NCBI GenBank assembly: GCA_016186765.1
Contig: JACPLD010000003.1
Coordinates: 6,121-70,120 of the forward strand
DNA from: Candidatus Kaiserbacteria bacterium
GTDB taxonomy: Bacteria; Patescibacteriota; Minisyncoccia; Phycocordibacterales; UBA2100
Direction: 5' to 3'
Length of the DNA stretch: 64,000 nucleotides
Position 1 is the stretch's first letter. Every line of letters starts with the position of its first letter. The notes below the pieces were generated by a model. It saw nothing but the letters and a program-made list of their open reading frames with translations, did no database searches and was not told where the DNA came from. Positions 18,950 to 28,142 of the stretch are shown here, one piece after another. Both the position numbers and the translations under genes were made by a program.

Positions 18950-19579
18950 TTAAGCCCTCTTTTTACGCATAAATTCATATCCGTGGCCGATGTCAGTATT
19001 CACCGGGATACCTCTCTCGCAGAGCTCGCATTCCGACTCTTCCCACGATTCGAGGTGCAGATCCACGAGTGACTGAAACTCTCCGGGATTTCCGACTTGC
19101 TCTTTTGTGACTTCACCCCGATTCACAATCGCGATCGCGCCAATGACATTCCCTCCTGCCGCGCGTACCGTCTCAACGACTTTCTTTATCGAGCCGCCCG
19201 TCGTCGTGAGATCCTCGACGACCAACGCGCGTTTTCCCCTAACGATCTGATCGTACCCCCGCTTGAGAGTGAACCCACCCTGTCCATCCTTGTCGGCATA
19301 CGCGCCATAGACTTCTTCGCCCCGCATCTCCGTAAGGTGGTACGCTACCCACTGCGAAAGTATCGCCGCCCCGACCGCGGGACCGACAACGACCTCGATG
19401 CCTTTCTTTGCAAATCGCTCAGCCATCGTCTTGCAAAGGAGCGACGTGTCGCGCGTGTAGGGGTAGAGGGCATCTTTGTTGACGTAGGAGTCGCTGTGCC
19501 TTCCTGAAGTAAAGACGAAATGTCCACTTCGAAATGCACCGACCTTTTGAAGCAAATCCAAAACTTCAGATTCCGTCAT
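18950..19579 (-). CDS. pyrE: Orotate phosphoribosyltransferase
   Basis: GHFVFTSGRHS..YVNK, LVVEDLTTTGGS; adjacent to pyrF. Confidence 0.88.
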   Translation of the reverse strand: MTESEVLDLLQKVGAFRSGHFVFTSGRHSDSYVNKDALYPYTRDTSLLCKTMAERFAKKGIEVVVGPAVGAAILSQWVAYHLTEMRGEEVYGAYADKDGQGGFTLKRGYDQIVRGKRALVVEDLTTTGGSIKKVVETVRAAGGNVIGAIAIVNRGEVTKEQVGNPGEFQSLVDLHLESWEESECELCERGIPVNTDIGHGYEFMRKKRA

Positions 19580-19589
19580 AGACATTCCA

Positions 19590-20420
19590 TTATAGCGATT
19601 CACGGATCTTGCTATCGAGCTCCCGCGCTCGCGCACCCGCAATCTCTGCAAAATCTTCGCCCTTCGATGCAAAAATAACTGAGCGTGACGCGTTTACGAT
19701 GAGGCCGCGGCGTCGACTGTCCAATCCCCTCTGTACCGTTTTTTCGAGATCTCCATTCTGGGCACCGACGCCCGCAACAAGGATCGGCATATCACCAACG
19801 ATGCTCCGGACTTCTCCGAGCTCTTCAGGATACGTCGCACCGACCATGAGAGAGCAGTTTCCCTTTGCGTTCCATCGCTCCGCAGCGGAGCGTGCCACGT
19901 ATTTGTAGAGCTGCTCTCCGCCATCCACCGAGAGATTTTGCATTTCCTTCGCGCCCGGATTCGAGGTATGACAGAGAACAATGATGCCTCTCTCTTCACG
20001 ATCAAAAAAAGGCTTGAGAGGTTCCGCGCCAAGGTAGGGATGGACGGTGATCGCGTCCGCTCGAAGATGCTCGAAGGCGGAAATCGCGTACTGCTCGTTC
20101 GTCGAGAGTATGTCGCCACGCTTCGCGTCGAGAATCACGGGAATGTCGGGGGCCACATCGAGAATGTACGCGATCGTCTCCCGCAGGGCAGCGTAGCCCT
20201 CCTCACCCCGCGCTTCGTAAAACGCGGGATTCGGCTTGTAGGCGCAAACCACCGTTTTCGTGGCATCGATAATGGCTCGATTGAACGCAACCATTGTTGT
20301 GCGGGTGTCTTCCTTTTGTGCCGCCTCGGGGATTTTCACCAAGTCGCTATCGAGACCAACGCACAAAAATTTCCCTTCGTCCCATTTTGTCTCCAAAAGC
20401 TCCCGAAAATCCCGCGCCAT
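19590..20420 (-). CDS. pyrF: Orotidine-5'-phosphate decarboxylase
   Basis: LCVGLD, YKPN.AFYE, DAKRGDI, TSNPG, VGAT.P. Confidence 0.95.
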   Translation of the reverse strand: MARDFRELLETKWDEGKFLCVGLDSDLVKIPEAAQKEDTRTTMVAFNRAIIDATKTVVCAYKPNPAFYEARGEEGYAALRETIAYILDVAPDIPVILDAKRGDILSTNEQYAISAFEHLRADAITVHPYLGAEPLKPFFDREERGIIVLCHTSNPGAKEMQNLSVDGGEQLYKYVARSAAERWNAKGNCSLMVGATYPEELGEVRSIVGDMPILVAGVGAQNGDLEKTVQRGLDSRRRGLIVNASRSVIFASKGEDFAEIAGARARELDSKIRESL

Positions 20421-20494
20421 TGGGCTCTATCCTACCACAGCCTTCGCCGAAAAAGGAAAGCTGGGGACACGAAGCACGCTATAATAGTTCCACA

Positions 20495-21103
20495 ATGAAG
20501 CATACTCTCTATGCGCACGCGCGTCGCTACCTTGCTCGAAGGAAGCCGGGAGAGCGACACATTCTTACCGACGTCGTGTTCATCCTAATGAGCGTTCTCA
20601 TCGCGGTCATTCTCGCGAGCACGCATGCTATTACTCGATTCATTACTGCGACAAGTGGGCTCGAACTTCTAGGCACGTTCGTTGCGGGAATGTTCTTCAC
20701 ATCCATTTTTACGACCGCGCCGGCGATGGCGACCTTGGGAGAGATCGCGCTCTCGCAGTCGGTGTATGTGACGGCGTTTGTAGGCGCCATAGGCTCGGTA
20801 CTTGGAGATCTTCTGATTTTTAAATTTGTGAGAGACAGAGTAGCAGCCGACATCCTCGAGCTGCTTCAAGAAGAAGGAATACTCCGCAGAGCGAGGAAGA
20901 TCTTCAAATTCAAACACTTTCGATGGTTCACGCTCCTTGCCGGCGTGCTTCTCATAGCCTCTCCGCTGCCGGATGAGCTCGGCATCACCCTCCTTGGCTT
21001 CTCGCACGTGAACGCGCGCTACTTCGTTATGCTCTCGTACGTCTTCAACTTCCTCGGCATTCTCGGTATCGGCTTTACCGCACGCGCGATCGCTGGTATT
21101 TAG
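20495..21103 (+). CDS. Membrane protein (VTT/DedA-like)
   Basis: AGMFFTSIFT, GSVLGD, SPLPDELG; several TM helices. Confidence 0.75.
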   Translation: MKHTLYAHARRYLARRKPGERHILTDVVFILMSVLIAVILASTHAITRFITATSGLELLGTFVAGMFFTSIFTTAPAMATLGEIALSQSVYVTAFVGAIGSVLGDLLIFKFVRDRVAADILELLQEEGILRRARKIFKFKHFRWFTLLAGVLLIASPLPDELGITLLGFSHVNARYFVMLSYVFNFLGILGIGFTARAIAGI

Positions 21104-21732
21104 ACCTTGAGCTTGTTGTGGTTCGTCGCTCGAATCTCTTTGCCGAGGATTTTCCCGCTGCCGTCTACATCGTAGATGTACACTTCGCCCGTGCCAAATT
21201 CGAGGTCGCTGACACCCTCTTCACCCAACCCCTCCAAATATTTCACGAGGGCCCGAAAGTTATTACCGTGCCCGATCGCAAGCACATTCTCCCCGCGCTT
21301 TAGCTCGGGAAGCACGTGCTCTTTATAGTACGGCACGACCCGATCATGCACGTCTTTCATCGTCTCGCCCTCGGGAATAGGATGATCCCAGCGGCGCCGG
21401 ATTTTTCTGAATTCTTCCTCACCCACCTCCTCTTTCACTTGCCATTTGTTCTTCCCCGTGTAAATACCGTAACTTCGCTCCTTGAGCGCGCCATGCACAC
21501 GCGGCTTGAGTCTTTCAAGCTCGAGAATGCCTTTCATTTCCTCAAAAGTTTCTTGCGCACGCTTCAGAGTAGAAACATGAACGTGGTCGATCTTCAAACC
21601 TTTGATCGACTCCGCCGCGCGGCGCGCCTCTTCAATGCCCTCTTCAATAAGACCGATGTCGGTCCAGCCAGTCCATTTGCCCAGTTTGTTCCATTCGGAT
21701 TTGCCGTGACGGACGAGGATCAGTTTTGCCAT
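21100..21732 (-). CDS. gpmA: 2,3-BPG-dependent phosphoglycerate mutase
   Basis: LVRHGKSEWN, GWTD, ERSYG, HGN. Confidence 0.92.
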   Translation of the reverse strand: MAKLILVRHGKSEWNKLGKWTGWTDIGLIEEGIEEARRAAESIKGLKIDHVHVSTLKRAQETFEEMKGILELERLKPRVHGALKERSYGIYTGKNKWQVKEEVGEEEFRKIRRRWDHPIPEGETMKDVHDRVVPYYKEHVLPELKRGENVLAIGHGNNFRALVKYLEGLGEEGVSDLEFGTGEVYIYDVDGSGKILGKEIRATNHNKLKV

Positions 21733-21744
21733 CGCGGGAGTATA

Positions 21745-22515
21745 TCAAATCACGAACCATCCACGTTCACTCCCAACCTTGGAGAGCTCATTGGTACGAT
21801 CTACGACCACTTTGATCTCCGCTGTTTCAAGCATCGGCAGGTCGCTCATACTGTCGCCTACAGCAAGAAGAGGCGCATGCTCGGAGTCGATGTACTTCTG
21901 CACGCATGCCACCTTACCTTCGAACATGGATAACGGCTCTTCAAGCACCGACGTAAACACGCCGCTTTGCACAACGCTCCTCATGCCGATAAGACCTGCC
22001 TCGATCCCGAAGTGTTGCATCGCCGCGCGCACCGCAGGCTCCGGCGTCGCGCTTATCACCCACACAGAAACTCCCTTTGACTTCAAGAAGTCTGCGATTG
22101 CGAGTACTTCACGGCGCAGTGCAAGGCCGCGCTCAATGTGGAATCCATAGAGCACTTTGGAGCCGATCCGCCTTCCCTCCTCCGTTATAGCAGCGAGTGT
22201 GAGAGCTTCCACTTCTCCGGGAGTAAAGCCAGAGAACATCCTCGCGATGAGTACGTATGCCGCCTTGAGCCGCCCGTTTTTGAGCAACGAGTAGTAGGTG
22301 CTAAACACGCGCTCATGGTAGTCGGAAGAAGGATTTTCTTTGCCAAGAAGCGCTCGATCGCGCAAAAGCTCATGGCCGCAGAGGTACGCAAACGTAGCTT
22401 CACAGACATCGTTCACGATGCACGTGTTGTCGAAGTCGAAAACTGCAAAAGGGGTCTCCCCGGTCTCTCGCAGTCTCCGCGCAACTGCATCTCGAATCCG
22501 GGCAAGATCATCCAT
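21745..22515 (-). CDS. HAD-superfamily IB phosphatase
   Basis: FDFDNT, VISAT, K, GDSMSD. Confidence 0.88.
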   Translation of the reverse strand: MDDLARIRDAVARRLRETGETPFAVFDFDNTCIVNDVCEATFAYLCGHELLRDRALLGKENPSSDYHERVFSTYYSLLKNGRLKAAYVLIARMFSGFTPGEVEALTLAAITEEGRRIGSKVLYGFHIERGLALRREVLAIADFLKSKGVSVWVISATPEPAVRAAMQHFGIEAGLIGMRSVVQSGVFTSVLEEPLSMFEGKVACVQKYIDSEHAPLLAVGDSMSDLPMLETAEIKVVVDRTNELSKVGSERGWFVI

Positions 22516-22966
22516 GGGGGAACTCCCATGGAAACACGACCCACGCGCCAACTTCGAGCACGTAGAAGTCGGGCGTAAAGACGCGGTCCTTTTTCTTGAG
22601 GACGAGGGTCGCCGCTCTCACCTCGGCAGCACCGTAGTCGCGCTTGAGAATATGCGAAACATGCCGGAGTGTGTGACCCCCATCTACGATTTCGTCCACG
22701 AGGAGAACCTTCTTTCCGCGCAGGTCAACCTTCGGGAGTGCCGTCACTCGGAGCTTCCCTTTGCGCCTTCTCCCATACGAGCGAACCGAGATCGTCGCGA
22801 CATCTTTCGTGCCTAACTCGCCGGCAAGGAGCGCGAGCGGCACGAGCCCGCCAACGGTAACGCCAACAATGCAGTCCGGGCGAAACTTTCGCGCGCGTAC
22901 CTTGCGCGCCAAAAGCTTCGCGAGCTCTTGGACTCTTCTCCACGAAACTCTGGTTGTTTTTTGCAT
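22508..22966 (-). CDS. Purine phosphoribosyltransferase-like protein
   Basis: GGLVP, VLLVDEIVDGGHT, WVVFPWE. Confidence 0.88.
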   Translation of the reverse strand: MQKTTRVSWRRVQELAKLLARKVRARKFRPDCIVGVTVGGLVPLALLAGELGTKDVATISVRSYGRRRKGKLRVTALPKVDLRGKKVLLVDEIVDGGHTLRHVSHILKRDYGAAEVRAATLVLKKKDRVFTPDFYVLEVGAWVVFPWEFPHG

Positions 22967-22986
22967 GTTACGGTTTTTGGACACTG

Positions 22987-23071
22987 CGGAGGAGGTGAGA
23001 TTCGAACTCACGATGCCTTTCGGCATGGCGGTTTTCGAAACCGCTGGAATAAACCACTATCCGACTCCTCC
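22987..23071 (-). tRNA. tRNA-Ser(CGA)
   Basis: GGAGGAG acceptor stem, anticodon loop TTCGAAA, long variable arm, GTTCGAATC. Confidence 0.93.
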
Positions 23072-23187
23072 GTTCGGACAAGCATCGCTTGTCCGCGACT
23101 TCGATAAAGGGAAGCCGCAAACGATCAAACCAGACGACAAAATATCACATTTTATTACTGAGACATAATGCGTTATCATTGCGACGC

Positions 23188-23259
23188 GGCCCTATCGTCT
23201 AACGGTTAGGACGGCTTTCTTTCAAGAAGCAAATCGGGGTTCGACTCCCCGTAGGGTCA
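23188..23259 (+). tRNA. tRNA-Glu(TTC)
   Basis: GGCCCTA/TAGGGTC acceptor stem, loop CTTTCAA, GTTCGACTC. Confidence 0.93.
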
Positions 23260-23278
23260 TCGCATCAAACGCAATCTT

Positions 23279-23530
23279 ATGACCAAAAAAGGGGTCGCCG
23301 GTGGTGTGGTACATAAAGTGCCGGAGGATTTGCGAAAGGCCCTAATTCAGACGCCTGCGGCGCGAGCAGCGTGGGAAGATATTACGCCACTCGCGCGCAA
23401 TGAGTGGATCTGCTGGGTCATCTCCGCTAAGAAAGCGCGGACGCGAAGCCACCGGATCGAGAGGACGCGTACGGAGCTTATAGAAGGAACGCGCAGGCCT
23501 TGTTGTTGGGCCGGCTGTATTCATCGTTGA
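23279..23530 (+). CDS. YdeI/OmpD-associated family protein
   Basis: VPEDL..AL......W..ITPLARNEWICWV.SAK...TR..RI. Confidence 0.88.
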   Translation: MTKKGVAGGVVHKVPEDLRKALIQTPAARAAWEDITPLARNEWICWVISAKKARTRSHRIERTRTELIEGTRRPCCWAGCIHR

Positions 23531-23572
23531 AATAGAATTGTGGCGGTCCAAACCCCAAGTAATAAAATCAAT

Positions 23573-23755
23573 ATGGAAACTAAAGATAGCAAAATGGATG
23601 ATGAGAATGGCAACTGCAAACAATGTGGGCATCCCTTTGACCCGCATCAAATCATTGCAAATCCCAAAGATTTAGCAGCGGGTGGGATAATGAAGTGCCC
23701 TGTAGATGGGTGTCCTTGTTTCAATACGATCAGTTTTGATTTTAAGAAAGAATGA
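23573..23755 (+). CDS. Small Cys/His (zinc-finger-like) protein
   Basis: CKQCGH...H...CPVDGCPC. Confidence 0.6.
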   Translation: METKDSKMDDENGNCKQCGHPFDPHQIIANPKDLAAGGIMKCPVDGCPCFNTISFDFKKE

Positions 23756-23864
23756 TTTTAGTTCCAACATCGTTCCAGACATCCAGCCAGTTTGAGAAAG
23801 CTCGAGGGGGCGCTGCAGGCAATTTGTTGCTATACAAATTTAATGGATACGATACTATAAAAGT

Positions 23865-24143
23865 ATGAGAAATCCATTTAGGAAAAAGAGTCCAGAGGAA
23901 GAATTTGTAGATTCTTTTCTGAAGGGCATGACAGAGACTATGGGTGATAATCAAGAAGCAAAAGATATGTATGCTCTGATTAAATCGCGTCGAGATTCTG
24001 GCGACTATATAGCTGTCCAAGAGCTTGCGAATAATTTTGTTCAAGCTGCAGGAGCATTGCATCGGGCGGAAAAAGACAGAAAACTTATGGAGGAATTAGG
24101 TTTAGATGAAGATGCTAACATTAAAGAAGAAGGCTCTCGATAG
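23865..24143 (+). CDS. Hypothetical protein
   Basis: 92-aa ORF in an AT-rich patch; TACTAT 5 nt upstream of the ATG. Confidence 0.55.
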   Translation: MRNPFRKKSPEEEFVDSFLKGMTETMGDNQEAKDMYALIKSRRDSGDYIAVQELANNFVQAAGALHRAEKDRKLMEELGLDEDANIKEEGSR

Positions 24144-24477
24144 ACTTGGAAACACGATTAGTCATAGAAGACTGATTACGTGGGCTCTCGTCGTAGCGCT
24201 CATACTACTGATACCCTTGGTTTTGACGCTCCTTAACCCGAATGCGCGAGTATACGGAGGTGAAGGAGGGGATTGGGATTGGGCACCTGGCGGCTTCGTT
24301 GTCATGGGCCTACTCCTCTTCTGCACGGGTCTCGCCATTGACTTCGCGGTGAGAAAGATTACTCACCCGATATTTCGAATGTTCGCCGTCGCCGCTATCG
24401 TACTCACGCTTCTCGCCATTTGGGTGGAGCTCGCTGTCGACGGGGTGAGCCAGATGATAACGGCACTTGTTGGTTGA
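24106..24477 (+). CDS. Hypothetical membrane protein (start uncertain)
   Basis: WDW...FVVMG.LL and AIWVELAV motifs; 3 TM segments. Confidence 0.65.
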   Translation: MKMLTLKKKALDRLGNTISHRRLITWALVVALILLIPLVLTLLNPNARVYGGEGGDWDWAPGGFVVMGLLLFCTGLAIDFAVRKITHPIFRMFAVAAIVLTLLAIWVELAVDGVSQMITALVG

Positions 24478-24563
24478 ATTCTTGTCGTATCGGGTTTGCT
24501 CTTCCGCTGCGCCGCCATTTCAAATTCCTAAGGCAGTTTGGGTCATAGCGTATAATGCTCTGC

Positions 24564-24866
24564 GTGACTCTCAATCCGCTCTACAATGCCCTTCTCGCAG
24601 CCGGCTACATTGTGCTCGTCGCGACTGTCATGAATCTCGCCCACCAGGTGGACGTTCCTGAAAACGGTATTCTCATTCCCATCACGGTGCTCTCCCTCTT
24701 CGTTCTGTCGGCCGCAGTAATGGCGTATCTCTTTGTCTTTCAGCCAGCCCAACTCTACCTTGATGGCAAGAAAACAGAGGCGGTGAATTTGTTTTTGAAA
24801 ACCGTCGGCTTCTTTGCAGGAATAACCGTCATCCTATTAGGAATACTTTTTTGGACTGCCGTCTGA
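24564..24866 (+). CDS. Hypothetical membrane protein
   Basis: LSLFVLSAAVM.YLF..P..LYLDGKK.EA motif; GTG start 7 nt after TATAAT. Confidence 0.75.
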   Translation: MTLNPLYNALLAAGYIVLVATVMNLAHQVDVPENGILIPITVLSLFVLSAAVMAYLFVFQPAQLYLDGKKTEAVNLFLKTVGFFAGITVILLGILFWTAV

Positions 24867-24869
24867 AGT

Positions 24870-25445
24870 TTATTGTGCGGAGAAGACGTCGCCGGCGACA
24901 CTGCCGTCACCACCCGTGACCAGGATGTCTTTGTGGAGGTCGAACTCCCCATCGCCATCGTCAACGTAGATCAAAACTTGATAGCGCTCTCCCGCTGTCG
25001 TTGCCCGAAGAAGCGGGACCTCAATGTCAGCGTGCGTACCCGGCTCGAAGCGCCCAGCGCCGAGCGTGCGGCCATCAGCGTCGCGCACCGCGATCCAGCC
25101 CATCTGTGCAAGCGTAGCGGATTTCACCTTCACACTCATGCCAGCCAGCTGGTCGGTCACGTCAACCGATTCTCTGCTTCCCGCAATCGTCGGCGTCTCC
25201 TCCGAAAGCGGCCCGAATACCGATGTCGGATTTACCGGGGAACTTTCGCTCGTTCTGCCCGCGACCTCTTCTTCAACATCCTCGGTCTCAGAGAGAGACA
25301 CTGAGCCATCGTACGCATTGCGAGCAATGAGCCACCAGCCACCGATGAAGATGAGCGCGAGGATAATGGCCGCGATGATGCGATTCGAGGTGTCGTTTAG
25401 GTCGATACCGGGCTTTTGAGGCATAGCTATCTCGTACAGCCCCAC
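24870..25445 (-). CDS. Membrane-anchored extracellular hypothetical protein
   Basis: N-terminal TM then a beta-rich domain with DDGDGEFD (possible Ca-binding). Confidence 0.7.
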   Translation of the reverse strand: MGLYEIAMPQKPGIDLNDTSNRIIAAIILALIFIGGWWLIARNAYDGSVSLSETEDVEEEVAGRTSESSPVNPTSVFGPLSEETPTIAGSRESVDVTDQLAGMSVKVKSATLAQMGWIAVRDADGRTLGAGRFEPGTHADIEVPLLRATTAGERYQVLIYVDDGDGEFDLHKDILVTGGDGSVAGDVFSAQ

Positions 25446-25467
25446 TATAGGTGGAGCGTGAAGTCTG

Positions 25468-26127
25468 TCAAAGGCCTTCCCGTTCGCGCGGCATCCATCC
25501 TAAAACGTCATAGATATCGCTTGCAGGTATTGCCCCCTCGCGCAAGATAACGACGTCCTGTCCTCGTACGCCGACAACGGTGGAAGGCAGAGAGGGTGGA
25601 AGCTCTCCTGCGTCGATCACGAGATCGATTTGCTTAGCCGATTCACCTAGCTGCGTGAGAATTTTCTGCACACTTCGCTCCGATACTTCCCCGCTCACAT
25701 TTGCGCTCGTTGTCGTGTACGGTTTGCCAAACTCCCGCGCGAGCGCGATACAGAAATCATTTTTTGAGACTCGAACGCCTATCGTGCCAACCCCACGAGC
25801 GATCCCCATATCGACTCCCTGCTTCCTCTTGAGAACGAGCGTGAGCGGCCCCGGGAAAAACTCTTTCGCAAGAAGACGCGCACTGTCGTTCACATCGGCA
25901 TACTTCCCCGCCATCGCAAGATCGGCAACGATGCAGTGAATCGGTTTTCCTTCCTCCCTTCCTTTGATATTCCGTACTTTTGCAACAGCTTCATCCGAAA
26001 GTGCATCAGCACCAAGTCCATAGAGCGTGTCCGTGGGATAGAGAACGACGCCGCGCGCGCGCAAAACTTCTGCTGCGCGAAGTGTAGAAGTCTCTATTCC
26101 GACGTCCGAAAGCTGAATCACCTCCAT
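25468..26127 (-). CDS. tsaC: Threonylcarbamoyl-AMP synthase (Sua5/YrdC)
   Basis: YPTDTLYGL, KGR, PGPLT, TSAN.SG, STVV. Confidence 0.93.
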   Translation of the reverse strand: MEVIQLSDVGIETSTLRAAEVLRARGVVLYPTDTLYGLGADALSDEAVAKVRNIKGREEGKPIHCIVADLAMAGKYADVNDSARLLAKEFFPGPLTLVLKRKQGVDMGIARGVGTIGVRVSKNDFCIALAREFGKPYTTTSANVSGEVSERSVQKILTQLGESAKQIDLVIDAGELPPSLPSTVVGVRGQDVVILREGAIPASDIYDVLGWMPREREGL

Positions 26128-26163
26128 TGGTTGAATACTAAAAGAAAAAACGCTATCCTGCGA

Positions 26164-26204
26164 CCTGCCTGCCGCCTGCCTGCCGGTAGGCAGGGTAGGC
26201 AAGG
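26164..26204. mobile_element. Self-nested 20-bp palindrome (CCTGCCTGCCGGYAGGCAGG family)
   Basis: CCTGCCTGCCG[CCTGCCTGCCGGTAGGCAGG]GTAGGCAAGG, 5 nt upstream of tRNA-Val. Confidence 0.8.
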
Positions 26205-26209
26205 GTGCT

Positions 26210-26283
26210 GCACGCGTAGCTCAGTTGGTTAGAGCGTGTCTTTGACGTAGACAAGGCCCCAGGTTCGAATCCTGGCGCGTGCA
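26210..26283 (+). tRNA. tRNA-Val(GAC)
   Basis: GCACGCG/CGCGTGC acceptor stem, TAGCTCAGTTGG, loop TTGACGT, GGTTCGAATCC. Confidence 0.93.
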
Positions 26284-26294
26284 CAAAAGAAGAA

Positions 26295-27029
26295 CTACAC
26301 CTCTTTCTTTTCGAGCTTCGCCATGAGCTCGCGCGCCTCTTGAGGAAATCCTTTCTGTGCGATTTGCGTGCCGCTATACTGCACATCAGCTGTAACATCT
26401 TTTCCGATCCAATCTGGTAAAAAACTGTCATCCGCACGACTGCAAAACAAGGTCTCGTCAGCTTTAGAGTGGAACTCGATTTCTATCCTGACTACCCTCT
26501 CCATCCCCTCTCCGTGATGCACGTCGTAATGAATCTCTACGCTATTCCCATTTGGTAATGTGAGGGGGATATAGTAACGGGTCTTTGCGATCGCGTTCCA
26601 AACTCGAGCATCCCACAAACGATTGAATTCCTCTGTTCTCGGATCATCCTCCGAGAATTTGAGTTGGTATTCGTCTTTTCCCAATTCGCCACCGTCAATC
26701 TTTTTCTTAATCGCGACGCGTAACAACCGACCTTCAGCAGGGTGATCGGTGCGACGCAAGCGGAACGTTCTGTCCGCACCACCTGCCATGTGTGCGAGGA
26801 CGTATGCTTGCTCAATTCCCCGCATGTGCCCGTGCGAAAGAGCCATGCACTCATCCTCACTTAGAAGACGTTTCGGAAGAAATCTGCGTTCGACCTCTGC
26901 TTCCCTCTCTACACCCTCGTCACGGTGGTATACCGCATCGAGAAGAGGTGAATCTTTAATGTAGAGCTTCCGTTCTCTCTCATTCTTGCCTGGGTTTCCT
27001 TCGCGGCGTCCCGTCAGAGATTCCGGCAT
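26295..27029 (-). CDS. CYTH-domain (triphosphate tunnel) protein
   Basis: EVERRFL, IEQAY, RLR, KTRY, IEIEF, W.G.DVT.D..Y. Confidence 0.8.
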   Translation of the reverse strand: MPESLTGRREGNPGKNERERKLYIKDSPLLDAVYHRDEGVEREAEVERRFLPKRLLSEDECMALSHGHMRGIEQAYVLAHMAGGADRTFRLRRTDHPAEGRLLRVAIKKKIDGGELGKDEYQLKFSEDDPRTEEFNRLWDARVWNAIAKTRYYIPLTLPNGNSVEIHYDVHHGEGMERVVRIEIEFHSKADETLFCSRADDSFLPDWIGKDVTADVQYSGTQIAQKGFPQEARELMAKLEKKEV

Positions 27030-27098
27030 GCTCCTCATGATACGTGAAAACACTTTCCGGTTGTAGCCCACCTATTGCATATGCGGTATAACGCTCTC

Positions 27099-28133
27099 AT
27101 GCATATACTCGGCATAGAAACTTCTGCAGATGACACGGGTGTTGCGCTCATCGAGGCCGAAGGAGAGGGGCAAGGTTTTCGGTTCAAGATGCTAGGTAAC
27201 GAGGTTTCATCGCAGGACATTCATAAAGCGTACGGCGGTATTTTCCCCACGATGGCAAAGCGCGAGCATATAAAAAACCTGCCTGCCCTCTTCGATCGAA
27301 TATTAGGGGTTTACGAAACCACTAATATCGATGCTGTCGCTGTCACCGTCGGCCCAGGTCTTGAGCCGTGTTTATGGACCGGCATTACTTTCGCGCAAGA
27401 GCTTTCGGAAAAGTGGAGTGTCCCCATCGTTCCGGTCAACCATATGGAAGGGCACATCCTTATTTCGATGACGGAAAAGGGAAGGCTCGCGAAGTTCGAC
27501 TTCCCTGCACTCGCGCTCCTCATCTCCGGCGGACACACCGAGCTCGTCTTGATGAAAACGTTCGGGCAATACGCATATATCGGTCGCACGCGGGACGACG
27601 CTGTGGGCGAAGCCTTCGACAAAGTCGCACGGCTCTTGGGCCTCTCCTACCCGGGCGGCCCCGAGATTTCCCGCCTCGCGCTCGCAGCTCGAAGCTCGAG
27701 GCTCAAAGCTGACTTCACGCTCCCCCGTCCGATGATACACAGTGACAATTACGACTTCTCATTCGCAGGTCTGAAGACCGCCGTCGAGCGTTATGTGCAA
27801 GCGCATGAACTCCATTCGCTCGACAGAGAAAAGATCGCACGTGAATTCGAAGATGCGGTGACAGATGTGCTCGTCTACAAGACGCTCCACGCCGTCGAAG
27901 AATTTGGTGTGAGCACAGTCATTATGGGTGGCGGCGTCTCCGCCAACAAACATATCAGGAGTGAACTGTCCTCAAAGCTCGAAGCTATGGGCTCGAAGCT
28001 ATTGGTGTGTCCGCCCGAATATTCGACCGACAATGGTCTCATGATCGCGCTTGCAGGATACTTCCACGCGCTGAAAAAAGATTTCATCGATCCTCAAAAT
28101 CTGAAGGCAAACGGGAATCTGAAATTGTGCTAA
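27099..28133 (+). CDS. tsaD: tRNA threonylcarbamoyltransferase TsaD
   Basis: GIETS, GPGL, HMEGH, SGGHT, DDAVGEAFDK, TDNG.MI. Confidence 0.96.
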   Translation: MHILGIETSADDTGVALIEAEGEGQGFRFKMLGNEVSSQDIHKAYGGIFPTMAKREHIKNLPALFDRILGVYETTNIDAVAVTVGPGLEPCLWTGITFAQELSEKWSVPIVPVNHMEGHILISMTEKGRLAKFDFPALALLISGGHTELVLMKTFGQYAYIGRTRDDAVGEAFDKVARLLGLSYPGGPEISRLALAARSSRLKADFTLPRPMIHSDNYDFSFAGLKTAVERYVQAHELHSLDREKIAREFEDAVTDVLVYKTLHAVEEFGVSTVIMGGGVSANKHIRSELSSKLEAMGSKLLVCPPEYSTDNGLMIALAGYFHALKKDFIDPQNLKANGNLKLC

Positions 28134-28142
28134 TGTAGCCAA

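Noticed and set aside
25468-26202. N-terminal extensions in the ORF track for tsaC, khpA, rpoB, IPK and thrS
   Set aside because: They come from upstream alternative starts running through repeats or neighbouring genes; downstream ATGs match the family N-termini.
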